Shown: positions 18,734 through 29,258, counted from the first letter of the stretch. The stretch is DNA of 34,452 bases from Fidelibacterota bacterium (GCA_049975265.1 JBNGDF010000026.1:1-34452), one strand, 5' to 3'. Notes: a model not told the origin generated them from the sequence alone. Made by a program: numbers and translations.

Positions 18734-19382
18734 CGACATCATCCTTATCAGATTGGTACACGCGATATACTTTATGAAAACGGTTTAACTCGTCATTCAG
18801 CAATTTCTCCAGCGCAAGAGAAGTTTGCGAGGCACCTGTTATGGCATCCACCCGGTTTCCGGCAGAGGGATCTGAGGATGTACCTATGATCAGACGCCGG
18901 GCTTCATCATCAGTCCAATCAATTTCCAAACCTTTAAACTGGTCGGTAAACCACGGTTCTTCGATGCGGGCTCCCAGCCCCGGTGTCTCTTTCTGATCGA
19001 GGAACTGAATATTGACCACTCTGCTCAAATCCGCACTCAGCACAATGATACCTTCAATTTTATCCCAGAAACCCATTCCGGAAAACACAAATCCCACGTC
19101 CGGATTAGCGCTGTTTTTCCGAAGTAAAGTGGTATAACTCATTCCCTTAGCCATCAGCGTTTTTGTCTCAATATGAGTATCAATCGCCTTTTGAAATGCC
19201 TCGGGCATATCACTCTCGACCGGCAACAAGAACGCGTTGCAAACCACGCGGTTGCGGTTCAGGGCTTCATTTTTCGCCAGCGTATCCAGCGTTGCGTAAT
19301 GCACTATTGACACGCCCGCGCCGAATACGATGCTGATCACCAAAATGAAAATAAATGTATATGCGGCAGAATTACGATTCAT
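18726..19382 (-). CDS. nqrC: NqrC/RnfG-family FMN-binding subunit
   Basis: N-terminal TM, GMGFWDKI, QKETPGLGARI, VDAITGASQTS flavinylation motif. Confidence 0.87.
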   Translation of the reverse strand: MNRNSAAYTFIFILVISIVFGAGVSIVHYATLDTLAKNEALNRNRVVCNAFLLPVESDMPEAFQKAIDTHIETKTLMAKGMSYTTLLRKNSANPDVGFVFSGMGFWDKIEGIIVLSADLSRVVNIQFLDQKETPGLGARIEEPWFTDQFKGLEIDWTDDEARRLIIGTSSDPSAGNRVDAITGASQTSLALEKLLNDELNRFHKVYRVYQSDKDDVDG

Positions 19383-20419
19383 TTCTGCTCCGCCTTTTTA
19401 GCCGTTCGAAGCCGCTTGATCCAGAGGTCCAGCGACGGTGCCACAGTATTGCCCAGCAAAATTGAAAACGCAACCCCGCCGGCGAAAATCGCCTTATATC
19501 GAAAGAAAATCATCAGCATACCGATGATTATTCCATATATCCATTGGGACAGCGGCAATTTTGGAGCACTGACCGGATCCGTCACCATGAATACCGTTGC
19601 ATACAGCAGAGCCCCTGAAAAGAGTGTAAACGGCAGCGGCGGCACCGCTTCAATGCCCAGCCCGGAGCGTAAAAAAACATTCAGAACGATAGCCCCAAGC
19701 AGGGTTGCTGCCATCAGACGCCACTGGGCGGTTTTGGTGAAAATCAGATAAAGCGCCGCCAGAACTATAACCAGCGCACAGACTTCACCCGCAGAACCGG
19801 CTGCCAGTATCTGCGGATTTCCTTCCACACTAAACACCTCACCAATATTTCCGAGAAAGAGATTCCGGATGCTCGTTACAAATCCAAAATCACGGCGCGA
19901 CCACATCGGCGTTGCGGCGGTAATCGCATCGGCAACCGTCAGATTCGTTTTGGATAACAGGGGTGGCAATTTTTCTAACGAGGCATAACTCCAGCGGCTG
20001 AATCCGCCCGGAAATCCGCTGAATACGGGCGCAAAACGGGAAGTGGATTCGATGGGGAAGCAAACATAGACAAAGGCGCGGGCTACGATCGCAGGATTGA
20101 AAATATTCTTCCCGAAACCGCCAAACGCCTCTTTGGCGAACAGGATGCCCACTACCGCTCCCACCGCTGTCATCCAGAATGGCATCGTGGAGGGAAGCGA
20201 CAATCCATATAGCACCGCGGTTACAAACACGGCGGTGCTGATCTTGCTATTCCGGTTCGAGGTCATCACCCATTCCGTCAAAAAACAGAAAAGCGCCGCA
20301 ACCATGACATTCGCCAGAACGCGCCAGCCGAAATAATAAATTCCCACCAAACCGACCGGTATCAGCGCATAAAGAACCTTCAGCATCACCTTCTGCTTCA
20401 AGAAAACCGGTTTATGCAT
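19379..20419 (-). CDS. nqrB: NqrB/RnfD-family membrane subunit
   Basis: KEAFGGFGKNIFNPA, DAITAATP (FMN-Thr), GSAGE, FMVTDPVSAP. Confidence 0.87.
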   Translation of the reverse strand: MHKPVFLKQKVMLKVLYALIPVGLVGIYYFGWRVLANVMVAALFCFLTEWVMTSNRNSKISTAVFVTAVLYGLSLPSTMPFWMTAVGAVVGILFAKEAFGGFGKNIFNPAIVARAFVYVCFPIESTSRFAPVFSGFPGGFSRWSYASLEKLPPLLSKTNLTVADAITAATPMWSRRDFGFVTSIRNLFLGNIGEVFSVEGNPQILAAGSAGEVCALVIVLAALYLIFTKTAQWRLMAATLLGAIVLNVFLRSGLGIEAVPPLPFTLFSGALLYATVFMVTDPVSAPKLPLSQWIYGIIIGMLMIFFRYKAIFAGGVAFSILLGNTVAPSLDLWIKRLRTAKKAEQK

Positions 20420-20472
20420 ATCCTATCGAGCTGTCTTTTTCTTGATTATTTTACCATTCATACCTGGCTGAC

Positions 20473-20501
20473 AATATAACGAGAATCCCCTTTGCATGCA
20501 A
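20473..20501 (-). promoter_or_regulatory. Putative promoter of the nqrBCDEF-like operon
   Basis: TTGCAT-N17-TATATT on the minus strand, about 53 nt upstream of the nqrB ATG. Confidence 0.6.
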
Positions 20502-20517
20502 TATGCAACTGTCCGGC

Positions 20518-22485
20518 TCAGCGCCCCAGTTGCGCATCAATATCGGCAATCCGCTTTTCAAGCCGTTCATTCTCCGCATGTTCATATTCCCACTGCCGCA
20601 TTTCCGTGTCAAGATCATTTTTCAGATTCTGGTATTTCTGATATATATGCTGAAATTCCGTCTGCCTTTCAGCAGCATAAATATCGGATTCAGCGAAGAG
20701 TTCCTCAATCTCATGAATACGATTCTCAATCCCCGCGATGCGCTCCTCGGATTGAATAATCCTTTGACCCACCCGGGATAACGCTTTGGAAAGTGTTCTG
20801 CGCTCCCGAATCAGCTGTTTTGACCAGTCCGATTCACTTTTCAGCCTAATTTTATCGGTTTTTTGCTTAATCCGGCTTTTGATGTCCCTCTCAAGATAAT
20901 CCTGCTGCTCCCGCGCCAGAAAGTCGTCATAATTTCCCGGATAGTACGAATAGCCGTCGAAACGCAGTTCCAAAATCCCGGTTGCCAGACGATTCAGAAA
21001 ACAGCGATTATGGCTGACAAAAATCAAGGTCCCCTGAAAACGAAGCAGGGCTTTTTCCAGCGCTGCGATGGCTTCCAGGTCCAAATGATTCGTCGGTTCG
21101 TCCAATACCAGGACATTATGCTGATTTATCAGCAGCTTCGCAAAAATCAGGCGGGCGGCTTCTCCGCCACTCAGGATGTCTCCGGATTTATAAATATCAT
21201 CGGTGCTGAACAAAACCTGCCCCAGCACCGCACGCAAAGTCGGTACCTTTTCCACAGGCGTGCAGGCGTAAAGCCAGTCGTAAACCGTTGTATCCGACCC
21301 AATCACTTCCCGGTGATTCTGAGGTAAATAGCCAATATCGCATTCGTGTCCCCATTTAAGACTGCCCGCATCTGCCTTAAGCACACCGACCAGGATTTTA
21401 ATCAGCGTTGATTTACCGACACCATTCGGTCCGATAACCGCAACCCGGTCACCCCTGTTCACCGTAAAACCAAGACCAGCAAGTACCCGTAAATCCCTGT
21501 AGGATTTTCGCAGTTCGGCAACTTCCAAAACCTGCTGACCGGAAGGTCGCTTAATCGTAAACGAAAAGTGGGGCGGCTGCCGGGAGCTGCGTTTAATGAC
21601 AACATCCTCCATCCGGTCCAGCTGCTTCTTCCGGCTGACCGCCTGACGGGCTTTAGTCGCCTTGGCACGGAACCGTTCATAAAATGCCTGCAGTTCCTGA
21701 CGCTTTTTTTCAAGACGTTCGATTTCGAGTCGTTTCTGCTCCTCGTTGCGCTGCCTATCTTTTAAAAATGTGTTATAATTTCCCGGATAGATTTTAATGG
21801 TTTCGTAGTCAATGTCAATGATATGCGTCGAAATCCGTTCGAGAAAATACTGGTCATGGGAAACAACCAGGACGATTCCCTTAAACTCCTTCAGATATTC
21901 ACCCAGCCAGGCAATGGAATAGATATCCAGATGATTATTCGGTTCATCGAGTAGTAAAATATCAGGATCGCTGAACAGACACTGGGCGATTAGAACCCGC
22001 AGCTTGTATCCACCCGACAGAGTGGACATGGGTTGAGTCAGTTGCTGCTGCTGCAAGCCCAATCCTTTCAATAAAATTGCCGCTTGTCCTTCGGCATTGT
22101 AGGCGTTTTGGGCGGACAATCTATGTTCCAGCTCCCCCAGGCGACTCCCCTCCTGCTGGGTTAAATGATCACAGGCTTCCAGATCCCGCTTCTCTTTCAG
22201 CAATTTCCAGAAGGATTTATTACCCATCAAAACGACATCCATTAGAGGATCATTTTCATATTTAAACTGATCCTGCTTCAACAAACCGATGCGGAGATTT
22301 GCGGAAACCCGGATTTCGCCTTCCGATGGCTCCAGCTCACCGCTGATCAACTTTAAAAGGGTGGTTTTCCCGGAACCATTGGCGCCAACGATCCCAAAGC
22401 GATGTCCAAGCGTCAGATTCAACGAGACACCTCGGAAAAGAACCTTCCCACCAAACTGAATACCGAGATTATTTAACTGAATCAT
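20518..22485 (-). CDS. ABC-F family ATP-binding protein (ribosome-associated)
   Basis: Two NBDs (GANGSGKT/LSGG/LLLDEP and GPNGVGKS/LSGGE/LVLDEPTNHLD), linker helix, C-terminal coiled coil, no TM. Start 22485 or 22494. Confidence 0.93.
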   Translation of the reverse strand: MIQLNNLGIQFGGKVLFRGVSLNLTLGHRFGIVGANGSGKTTLLKLISGELEPSEGEIRVSANLRIGLLKQDQFKYENDPLMDVVLMGNKSFWKLLKEKRDLEACDHLTQQEGSRLGELEHRLSAQNAYNAEGQAAILLKGLGLQQQQLTQPMSTLSGGYKLRVLIAQCLFSDPDILLLDEPNNHLDIYSIAWLGEYLKEFKGIVLVVSHDQYFLERISTHIIDIDYETIKIYPGNYNTFLKDRQRNEEQKRLEIERLEKKRQELQAFYERFRAKATKARQAVSRKKQLDRMEDVVIKRSSRQPPHFSFTIKRPSGQQVLEVAELRKSYRDLRVLAGLGFTVNRGDRVAVIGPNGVGKSTLIKILVGVLKADAGSLKWGHECDIGYLPQNHREVIGSDTTVYDWLYACTPVEKVPTLRAVLGQVLFSTDDIYKSGDILSGGEAARLIFAKLLINQHNVLVLDEPTNHLDLEAIAALEKALLRFQGTLIFVSHNRCFLNRLATGILELRFDGYSYYPGNYDDFLAREQQDYLERDIKSRIKQKTDKIRLKSESDWSKQLIRERRTLSKALSRVGQRIIQSEERIAGIENRIHEIEELFAESDIYAAERQTEFQHIYQKYQNLKNDLDTEMRQWEYEHAENERLEKRIADIDAQLGR

Positions 22486-22649
22486 AAATTTCAACTTTAA
22501 AAAGAGAACGCCCCGATTGTAAGAACTTTCACTCAGATAATCAAGACTGAAGCAAACATATGTATTGCCACGGAAAATTGTAACCTTTTAAAAGTACAAC
22601 CCCTCTAAATTATGTTAATCTAAGGAATTAAAAATGCCGCCCAAAGTCG

Positions 22650-22678
22650 TTGACAATCGGAGAAAATAATTGTATATT
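22650..22678 (+). promoter_or_regulatory. sigma70-type promoter of the sigma factor gene
   Basis: TTGACA-N17-TATATT. Confidence 0.72.
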
Positions 22679-22718
22679 AGGCGGCTTTAATTTAACCGAT
22701 TTGCTGAAATGGAGGCAC

Positions 22719-23576
22719 ATGTCGGCGAAATCATCAAAATCATCTTCCGATAGCAATCGTGCATTAAGCAAATACCTCGAAGAGATCGGCAACTTTGAGC
22801 CACTCACCCCGGAACAGGAAATCGAACTGGCTCAACGTCTGAAAAAAGGCGATCGGGAGGCACTGAAAAAACTGACCGAAGCCAATCTGCGCTTCGTCGT
22901 CAGCGTCGCAAAGGATTACCAGGGACAGGGCCTGCCCCTTACCGATCTGATCAACGAAGGCAATCTGGGTTTGATCAAAGCTGCTGAACGTTTTGATGAG
23001 ACCCGCGGATTTAAATTTATTTCCTACGCTGTCTGGTGGATTCGTCAGTCCATCCTCCAGGCACTGGCGGAGCACTCCCGGATCGTCCGCTTGCCCCTAA
23101 ATCGGGTCGGCACGATTACGAAAATCACCCGGGAAGCCGAAAGTCTGGAACAGCAGTACGAACGCGCCCCCAGCCAGGACGAAATCGCCCAGGGACTGGA
23201 CCTGAAATCCGATGAGGTTTCCGACGCGATCCGAATCTCCCGCAAACACCAGTCGCTGAATGCACCTTTTCGTGACGGTGAAAAAAATTCCCTTATCGAC
23301 GTCATTGAAGACGACGCCCAGCCCACTCCGGACACCGATTTAATGCATGAATCCCTGCGACAGGAGATCCGTGACGCCCTGAACACACTCAAAGAGCGGG
23401 AGCGCGATGTCATCAAGATGTACTTTGGAATCGACCGCGAATATGCTCTGACACTGAACGAAATCGGCGAGGAATTCAATCTGACCCGCGAACGCATCCG
23501 ACAAATCAAAGAAAACGCCATCCGGCGTCTGAGTCATAAATCACGCAGTAAAAAATTACGATCCTATTTGGGTTAA
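22719..23576 (+). CDS. RNA polymerase sigma factor, RpoD/SigA family (short, lacks region 1.1)
   Basis: [55 protein letters not shown] 22719 with GGAGG RBS. Confidence 0.93.
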   Translation: MSAKSSKSSSDSNRALSKYLEEIGNFEPLTPEQEIELAQRLKKGDREALKKLTEANLRFVVSVAKDYQGQGLPLTDLINEGNLGLIKAAERFDETRGFKFISYAVWWIRQSILQALAEHSRIVRLPLNRVGTITKITREAESLEQQYERAPSQDEIAQGLDLKSDEVSDAIRISRKHQSLNAPFRDGEKNSLIDVIEDDAQPTPDTDLMHESLRQEIRDALNTLKERERDVIKMYFGIDREYALTLNEIGEEFNLTRERIRQIKENAIRRLSHKSRSKKLRSYLG

Positions 23577-23600
23577 AACGAAAGGAGGTGAATTCAATTA

Positions 23601-23789
23601 ATGGTACAAGTAACCGTACACGACGGCGAGAATCTGGAAAAAGCCATTCGACGTTTCAAGAAGAAGTTTGAAAAAGCCGGAATTCTCAAAGATGTTAAAA
23701 AAAACGCCTACTTCGTCAAACCCAGTGCGGAGAAGCGTATGCGTCGGGCCAAAGCTGCCAAACGCGCTCACCGGATGAATGTTTCCTAG
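23601..23789 (+). CDS. rpsU: 30S ribosomal protein S21
   Basis: V.V.DGENLEKAIRRFKKK...G......YFVKPS. Strong SD. Confidence 0.95.
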   Translation: MVQVTVHDGENLEKAIRRFKKKFEKAGILKDVKKNAYFVKPSAEKRMRRAKAAKRAHRMNVS

Positions 23790-23811
23790 GATGTTTCATC
23801 TTTTACGATAT

Positions 23812-23841
23812 AAAAGCCCCCGAAAAATCGGGGGCTTTTTT
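23812..23841. terminator. Bidirectional Rho-independent terminator between rpsU and tkt
   Basis: AAAAGCCCCCGA-AAAA-TCGGGGGCTTTTTT between convergent genes. Confidence 0.9.
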
Positions 23842-23864
23842 ATACAGAGGATGATTGGAATCTG

Positions 23865-25859
23865 TTACATAAATCGCTCGATCTTGGCAACGACGGCTTC
23901 CGCCGTAAAACCAAACTTCTCTTTCAGAACTTTTGCCGGCGCCGACCTGCCAAATTGCTCAACGCCGATTTTCAGCAACGGTCCGCGGATAATATCACCC
24001 CAACCCATCAGGTTGGCGGCTTCCATCACCACTACCGGTACACCGTCGGGAAACAGTTGCTGCCGATATTCTTCAGGCTGTTGTAACAGCAGCTCGATTG
24101 ACGGCACAGAGATCACACGGGTAGATGTTCCTTTCTCTCCTATGAGTTTTTCCACTTCCAAAGCCAGCCCTACCTCCGACCCGCTGGCACAGAGAATCAA
24201 TTCCGGATGTGCCGATGATTCTTCAACGACATAGGCGCCTTTCGCCACTGTCCCGATCTGAAAGCCGCCGGGTTCGTGAATTACAGGAACACCCTGACGG
24301 GTCAAAATCAATGCCGTCGGTCCCGCTGTATTCTTAAGAGCTGTAATCCAGGCGCCGGCGACTTCGGCTCCATCCGCCGGTCGAATAACCGTCAGATTGG
24401 GGATCGCCCGCAGCGCAGCCAGATGCTCCACCGGTTGATGGGTCGGTCCATCTTCACCTAAAAAAATGCTGTCATGAGTAAAAACATAGATTACCCGAAT
24501 GCCCATCATTGCCGCCAGACGGATCGCCGGTCGCATATAATCGGCAAACTGTAAAAATGTCGCTCCAAACGGGATGATTCCGCCGTAAAGTGCCATACCG
24601 TTCAGTATAGCACCCATGGCATGTTCACGAATCCCAAAATGGAGATTGCGTCCGGGATACTGCCCCTTTTGAATCGATGGATACGCCTTAAGATAAGTAT
24701 TTGTCGAAGGGGCTAAATCCGCCGAGCCGCCGATGAACTGTGGCACATACTCGGCAATTTTTTGCATGACGGCGCCCGAAAGTTTGCGGGTAGCCGCAGA
24801 CTCGTCCGGAAATGAACGATTCAGGTCAGCACTGAGCTTCTGAATTTGTGCCGCAAGCCAATCAGAATCCAGCAGCTGAAACAGTTCAGGGGATTTCTGC
24901 CGCGCCGCTGCAAACCGCCGCATCCAATTATCATAATCAACCTTTAACTCGCTTACTCTTTGGTACAAAAATTCCGTCACTTCGCCGGGGATGTAAAACG
25001 CCGGCTCTGTAGGCCAACCTAAATTTTCTTTAGCCACTTTCAGCTCTTCGGCGCCAAGCGGTGCACCATGCACACCCGCGGTATCGGCTTTGTTCGGTGC
25101 ACCATATCCGATATGGGTACGGGCTTTAATCAGAGTCGGTTTTTCCTCTTCAGCAATACCTTTTTCAAGAGCATCGGCAATTTCTGCATGATTATGACCG
25201 TCAATTTCCAGCACCTGCCAGCCATATGCCTCAAAGCGCATGGTAACCGACTCGGAAAAGGCTAATTCGGTAGACCCTTCGATGGAGATATGATTGTCAT
25301 CGTAGAAATAGACGATATTCCCCAATCCCAGATGACCTGCAAGTGAAGCAGCCTCGGAAGAGACCCCTTCCATCAAATCACCATCGCTGACAATGCCGTA
25401 AATTCGCTGTGAGCCAAAGAGCTCATCGCCATATTTCGCCGCTGCGATTTTCGACGCCAGCGCCATGCCGACTCCCGTGGCAAATCCCTGACCGAGCGGC
25501 CCGGTGGTGGTCTCCACTCCCGGTGTCTCGCCATACTCCGGATGACCGGCAGTTTTGGAACCCCACTGCCGGAAATTCTTTAATTCTTCCAGCGACAACT
25601 CGTAACCATACAGATGCAGCAGAGAATACAGAAGCATGGAGCCGTGTCCGGCGGAGAGCACAAAGCGATCCCGTCCGATCCAGTTCGGGTCGGCGGGATT
25701 GAACCGGAGATAATTATGCCACAAAACATAGGCACAATCAGCCATTCCCATGGGCATCCCGGGATGTCCGGAATTCGCTCTCTCCACACCATCCGCCGCT
25801 AAAAAACGGATGGTATTGGCAACCAGATTTCCAATCGTACTTTTCGGTTGTTTTGTCAT
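23865..25859 (-). CDS. tkt: Transketolase
   Basis: [51 protein letters not shown]. Confidence 0.97.
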   Translation of the reverse strand: MTKQPKSTIGNLVANTIRFLAADGVERANSGHPGMPMGMADCAYVLWHNYLRFNPADPNWIGRDRFVLSAGHGSMLLYSLLHLYGYELSLEELKNFRQWGSKTAGHPEYGETPGVETTTGPLGQGFATGVGMALASKIAAAKYGDELFGSQRIYGIVSDGDLMEGVSSEAASLAGHLGLGNIVYFYDDNHISIEGSTELAFSESVTMRFEAYGWQVLEIDGHNHAEIADALEKGIAEEEKPTLIKARTHIGYGAPNKADTAGVHGAPLGAEELKVAKENLGWPTEPAFYIPGEVTEFLYQRVSELKVDYDNWMRRFAAARQKSPELFQLLDSDWLAAQIQKLSADLNRSFPDESAATRKLSGAVMQKIAEYVPQFIGGSADLAPSTNTYLKAYPSIQKGQYPGRNLHFGIREHAMGAILNGMALYGGIIPFGATFLQFADYMRPAIRLAAMMGIRVIYVFTHDSIFLGEDGPTHQPVEHLAALRAIPNLTVIRPADGAEVAGAWITALKNTAGPTALILTRQGVPVIHEPGGFQIGTVAKGAYVVEESSAHPELILCASGSEVGLALEVEKLIGEKGTSTRVISVPSIELLLQQPEEYRQQLFPDGVPVVVMEAANLMGWGDIIRGPLLKIGVEQFGRSAPAKVLKEKFGFTAEAVVAKIERFM

Positions 25860-25870
25860 ATTATTCCTTT

Positions 25871-26974
25871 CTAATGAATTAATTCTTCCGAATCTTTTTC
25901 AAGCTTTAATCCATATCTGCCGCCGATCTCATTAAGTGTAGTAAATACTTTATCCTGCAGGGTCACCGTCGTGCGATTGTGTTCCATCGCCTCAAATTCT
26001 TTCTCTCCGGCAATATAGACACGGTTCTGACCATCGGCGGTGGGAGCGGCTCTCAGCATACGGATATAATCATCCATTCCGGTTTGAAAGTCATCCAGAT
26101 CCACAAAGGCTTCCGCATTGATCGCACCGAGAAAATGACACACCTCTGACGGGGCTCCCTTCTTACCATAGACATTCAGACCGACCGCACCCGACGACAA
26201 TATCCCGGACAGAATATCCACCACCACACTAAGCCCGTAACCTTTATGACCACCAGTCAATTCCGAGCTGCCACCCAGCGGCAACAGCCCGCCACCTTTG
26301 CGACTGTTTAAATTGTCCAGAACCAGAGTGGCGTTATCCGTCTTATTCCCCTCGGAATCACAAGCCCAGACATCGGGAATAGCCACTCCTGCCCTCGCAT
26401 AAACCTCCAGTTTTCCCCGCGGCACTGTGGAGGTCGCCATATCCAGTAAAAAGGGGCGTTCCTTTCCGGAAGGAAAACCGATGGAGATCGGATTGGTACC
26501 GATGACAGCATCTTTGCCAAAGGTCGGGACGACCAGGGTAGCTGAATTCGTCATTGACACACCAATCAGATTTTCCTGCAGCGCCATCAGTGTATAGTAA
26601 CCGGCAATACCGTAATGATTGGAATTGCGAATCGAAGCAAAGCAAATGAAATTCTCCTTTGCTTTATCAATACACATCCGCATGGAGTTATAGGCGACCG
26701 GCTGCCCCATCCCGCCGTTCCCTTCAATCAGCAGCGAGACCGGCGTTTCCCGGAGAACATCAAGCCGGCATTCCGGTTTGATGATTCCGCTTTGGATACC
26801 GTCCACATACCGCTTTAAGCGGGCAACGCCGTGGGATTCGATATTACGGCGATCGGCGGAAATCAGAACGTCTGCCGTAATCGCCGCATTCCCCGGCGAG
26901 AGACCATTATGCTTCAATACAGCGATGACGAACTCTTTCAGAGCGTCAATTTTAACCGTAATTCGTTTTTCCAT
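25871..26974 (-). CDS. Ldh_2 family (type II malate/L-lactate/ureidoglycolate-like) dehydrogenase
   Basis: [39 protein letters not shown]. Confidence 0.92.
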   Translation of the reverse strand: MEKRITVKIDALKEFVIAVLKHNGLSPGNAAITADVLISADRRNIESHGVARLKRYVDGIQSGIIKPECRLDVLRETPVSLLIEGNGGMGQPVAYNSMRMCIDKAKENFICFASIRNSNHYGIAGYYTLMALQENLIGVSMTNSATLVVPTFGKDAVIGTNPISIGFPSGKERPFLLDMATSTVPRGKLEVYARAGVAIPDVWACDSEGNKTDNATLVLDNLNSRKGGGLLPLGGSSELTGGHKGYGLSVVVDILSGILSSGAVGLNVYGKKGAPSEVCHFLGAINAEAFVDLDDFQTGMDDYIRMLRAAPTADGQNRVYIAGEKEFEAMEHNRTTVTLQDKVFTTLNEIGGRYGLKLEKDSEELIH

Positions 26975-27013
26975 CCATTTTCCTGTTGTTAATCCGGCGT
27001 TAACAGGAAATTA

Positions 27014-27042
27014 AAGATACAATATACGCCGCAAAGGTTCAA
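27014..27042 (-). promoter_or_regulatory. Putative promoter of the Ldh_2-tkt operon
   Basis: TTGAAC-N17-TATCTT, with an overlapping alternative TTGAGG-N17-TATATT. Confidence 0.5.
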
Positions 27043-27052
27043 GCCTCAACAC

Positions 27053-27910
27053 TCAAATCCGTGGTCGAAAACCTTCGCCCAAAACCTCATGTACATTGGC
27101 AATAATCACAAAGGAACTCGGGTCGATCTGACGCACAATCTGTCTCAGCGTCGCTACCTCTTTGCGGGTTACCACTGTAAACAGAATATTGCGCTCTTGC
27201 CGGGTATAAAACCCATTTCCCAAAATTTCTGTTCCCCCGCGCCCCATCTCCTTCGTAATCGCCTCGATTATTTCCGCCTGTTTGTCACTGATAATGTAAA
27301 ACGACCGGGCATAATCAAAACCGTCGAGCAATACATCCAGCACCTTACTGGAGAAATAAAGACTGATAAAACCGTAAAGCGCCAGATTGACATCGCGGAA
27401 GGCAAAACCGGCAAAACTGATGATGAAAAAATCCACAATCAGAATCGCGGTACCCACCGTCAGGTTTGAGTACTTATGAATAATCTGTCCGACAATGTCC
27501 GAGCCGCCGGTAGTACCCTTGAAGCGAAACACAATACCTAAACCGATTCCCAGTAAAATACCCCCGAAAATTGAGGTCAACAAAAGGTTGTCCGTGGCAG
27601 AGCCGAGATGGAGAATTTTATCAAATAAATCCGTGCTAATCGAGACCGCTACAAAGGAGAAAAAGGTGCGCGGACCGAACTGCCTTCCCAGAATTTTCAG
27701 TCCTAAAACAAAGAGCGGTATATTGAACACCAACATAGTCAAACCCACCGGCAGATTAAACAGATGATGCAGCACAATCCCGATCCCGCTGACACCGCCG
27801 GGCGCAATTTTTCCGGGAATCAGAAAAAGAACCAGCCCCAGTGACATGATGATCGAACCGACCGTCAGTCCAAAATATTCGAACACAATTGACTTTATTT
27901 TCTGTTTCAC
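27053..27910 (-). CDS. YitT family membrane protein
   Basis: IAPGGVSG, NIPLF, GTTGGSDI, C-terminal RGGT...G.YT...DP.SF...V.EVLGEGF domain. Confidence 0.9.
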   Translation of the reverse strand: MKQKIKSIVFEYFGLTVGSIIMSLGLVLFLIPGKIAPGGVSGIGIVLHHLFNLPVGLTMLVFNIPLFVLGLKILGRQFGPRTFFSFVAVSISTDLFDKILHLGSATDNLLLTSIFGGILLGIGLGIVFRFKGTTGGSDIVGQIIHKYSNLTVGTAILIVDFFIISFAGFAFRDVNLALYGFISLYFSSKVLDVLLDGFDYARSFYIISDKQAEIIEAITKEMGRGGTEILGNGFYTRQERNILFTVVTRKEVATLRQIVRQIDPSSFVIIANVHEVLGEGFRPRI

Positions 27911-28039
27911 ATCTTACCTTTAAAACAATTTTAAAACGGCTAAATTTAACAAATTTAACCCTTATTAATTAGCAAAAGTTTGAGTATAATATCAGCATGA
28001 AATACAGGATCATAAATAGAATTCTTCCGTTTTGAAAAA

Positions 28040-29197
28040 ATGAATAATCAGCGTTCGGTGGAAATAAAAAAAACCGTCAAAACTTTTGCTCTGGCTTCAT
28101 TTCTGAATGATCTGGGGTCTGATATTATCTATCCGGTCTGGCCAATGTTCGTGACCTCAATTCTGGGCGCCAATATGGCTGTTCTGGGATTTATTGACGG
28201 GCTCGGCGACGCAATTGTCTCAATCTCCAAAGCCCTCTCCGGTTATCTCTCCGACAGGACCAAAAAGCGCAAAATCTTCATCTGGACGGGCTATCTGTTC
28301 GGTGCCGCCTCGCGAGTCGGCTATGCCCTCTCCACTGCCTGGCCGCAGTTGATTCCATTTCGGGTTTTAGACCGCGCCGGAAAAATCCGCAGTGCCCCGC
28401 GGGATGCCATATTAGCCGACGTTTCCACACTGAAAACCCGCGGTAAAATCTTCGGAATACTGCGCTCCGCCGACCATCTGGGCGCGGTTTTCGGGATTCT
28501 GATCTGTATCTTCTTTTTCAAAATTCTAGGCTACCGGCGGCTGTTTGCTCTGGCAGCAATCCCGTCATTGGTCAGCGTCGTGCTGATCCTTCGAAACATC
28601 CACGAAATCAAGCCTCCGGCGCGCACCAAAGCCGAACTCCGGCTGGCAGTCAGACTGAAACGGAATTTTATTCTGTTCCTAATTCTCAGTGCCATTTTCG
28701 CCGTCGGCTCTTTCAGCTATTCATTCCTGTTGATCTACGCCAATGAGTTCGGCTTTCAGACAGCCTTCGTGCCGATCCTCTACCTGGTTTATACCGGAAC
28801 GGCATCGCTATCGGCATTTCCCTTTGGTAAACTGGCAGACATCATCGGTCACAAAACGGTCATGGCGCTCTCTTTTTGCCTTTGGATCTTCATCGGAATC
28901 ACCGTTTTAATAACCCATCATATTCTGGCGGTAATCTCAATTTTTGTTCTGTTTGGCATGCACAAAGGCGCCATCGAGCCGGTCCAGAAAGCCATCGTCA
29001 CGGAGCTGGCGCCGGCTGAATTGCGCGCCAGCTATCTCGGAATTTATCAAATGGTCACCGGGCTCTGCGCCTTGCCGGCGTCGCTGATCGCCGGACTGCT
29101 CTGGGATCAAGCGGGCATGAATATGCCGTTTATCCTGTCTATCGCCTTGACAGCTACCGCATTGCTATTATTGCCTTTCGTCCGCACTGAAAATTGA
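28040..29197 (+). CDS. MFS transporter
   Basis: About 12 TM helices, GYLSDR..KRK motif A, DRAGKIRSAPRDA, GKLADIIG. Confidence 0.9.
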   Translation: MNNQRSVEIKKTVKTFALASFLNDLGSDIIYPVWPMFVTSILGANMAVLGFIDGLGDAIVSISKALSGYLSDRTKKRKIFIWTGYLFGAASRVGYALSTAWPQLIPFRVLDRAGKIRSAPRDAILADVSTLKTRGKIFGILRSADHLGAVFGILICIFFFKILGYRRLFALAAIPSLVSVVLILRNIHEIKPPARTKAELRLAVRLKRNFILFLILSAIFAVGSFSYSFLLIYANEFGFQTAFVPILYLVYTGTASLSAFPFGKLADIIGHKTVMALSFCLWIFIGITVLITHHILAVISIFVLFGMHKGAIEPVQKAIVTELAPAELRASYLGIYQMVTGLCALPASLIAGLLWDQAGMNMPFILSIALTATALLLLPFVRTEN

Positions 29198-29258
29198 ACC
29201 AAAAGGACATAACCGATTTCAAAACCGAATATTTTTAAATAAATTAGCCTAACTGAAT

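Noticed and set aside
20518..22485. ABC-F as an antibiotic-resistance (ARE) protein
   Set aside because: No leader peptide or mobile context is seen. It looks like a housekeeping ABC-F, and the subfamily cannot be fixed without phylogeny.
22650..22718. TTG start for the sigma factor
   Set aside because: That TTG is the -35 TTGACA box. ATG 22719 has a GGAGG RBS.
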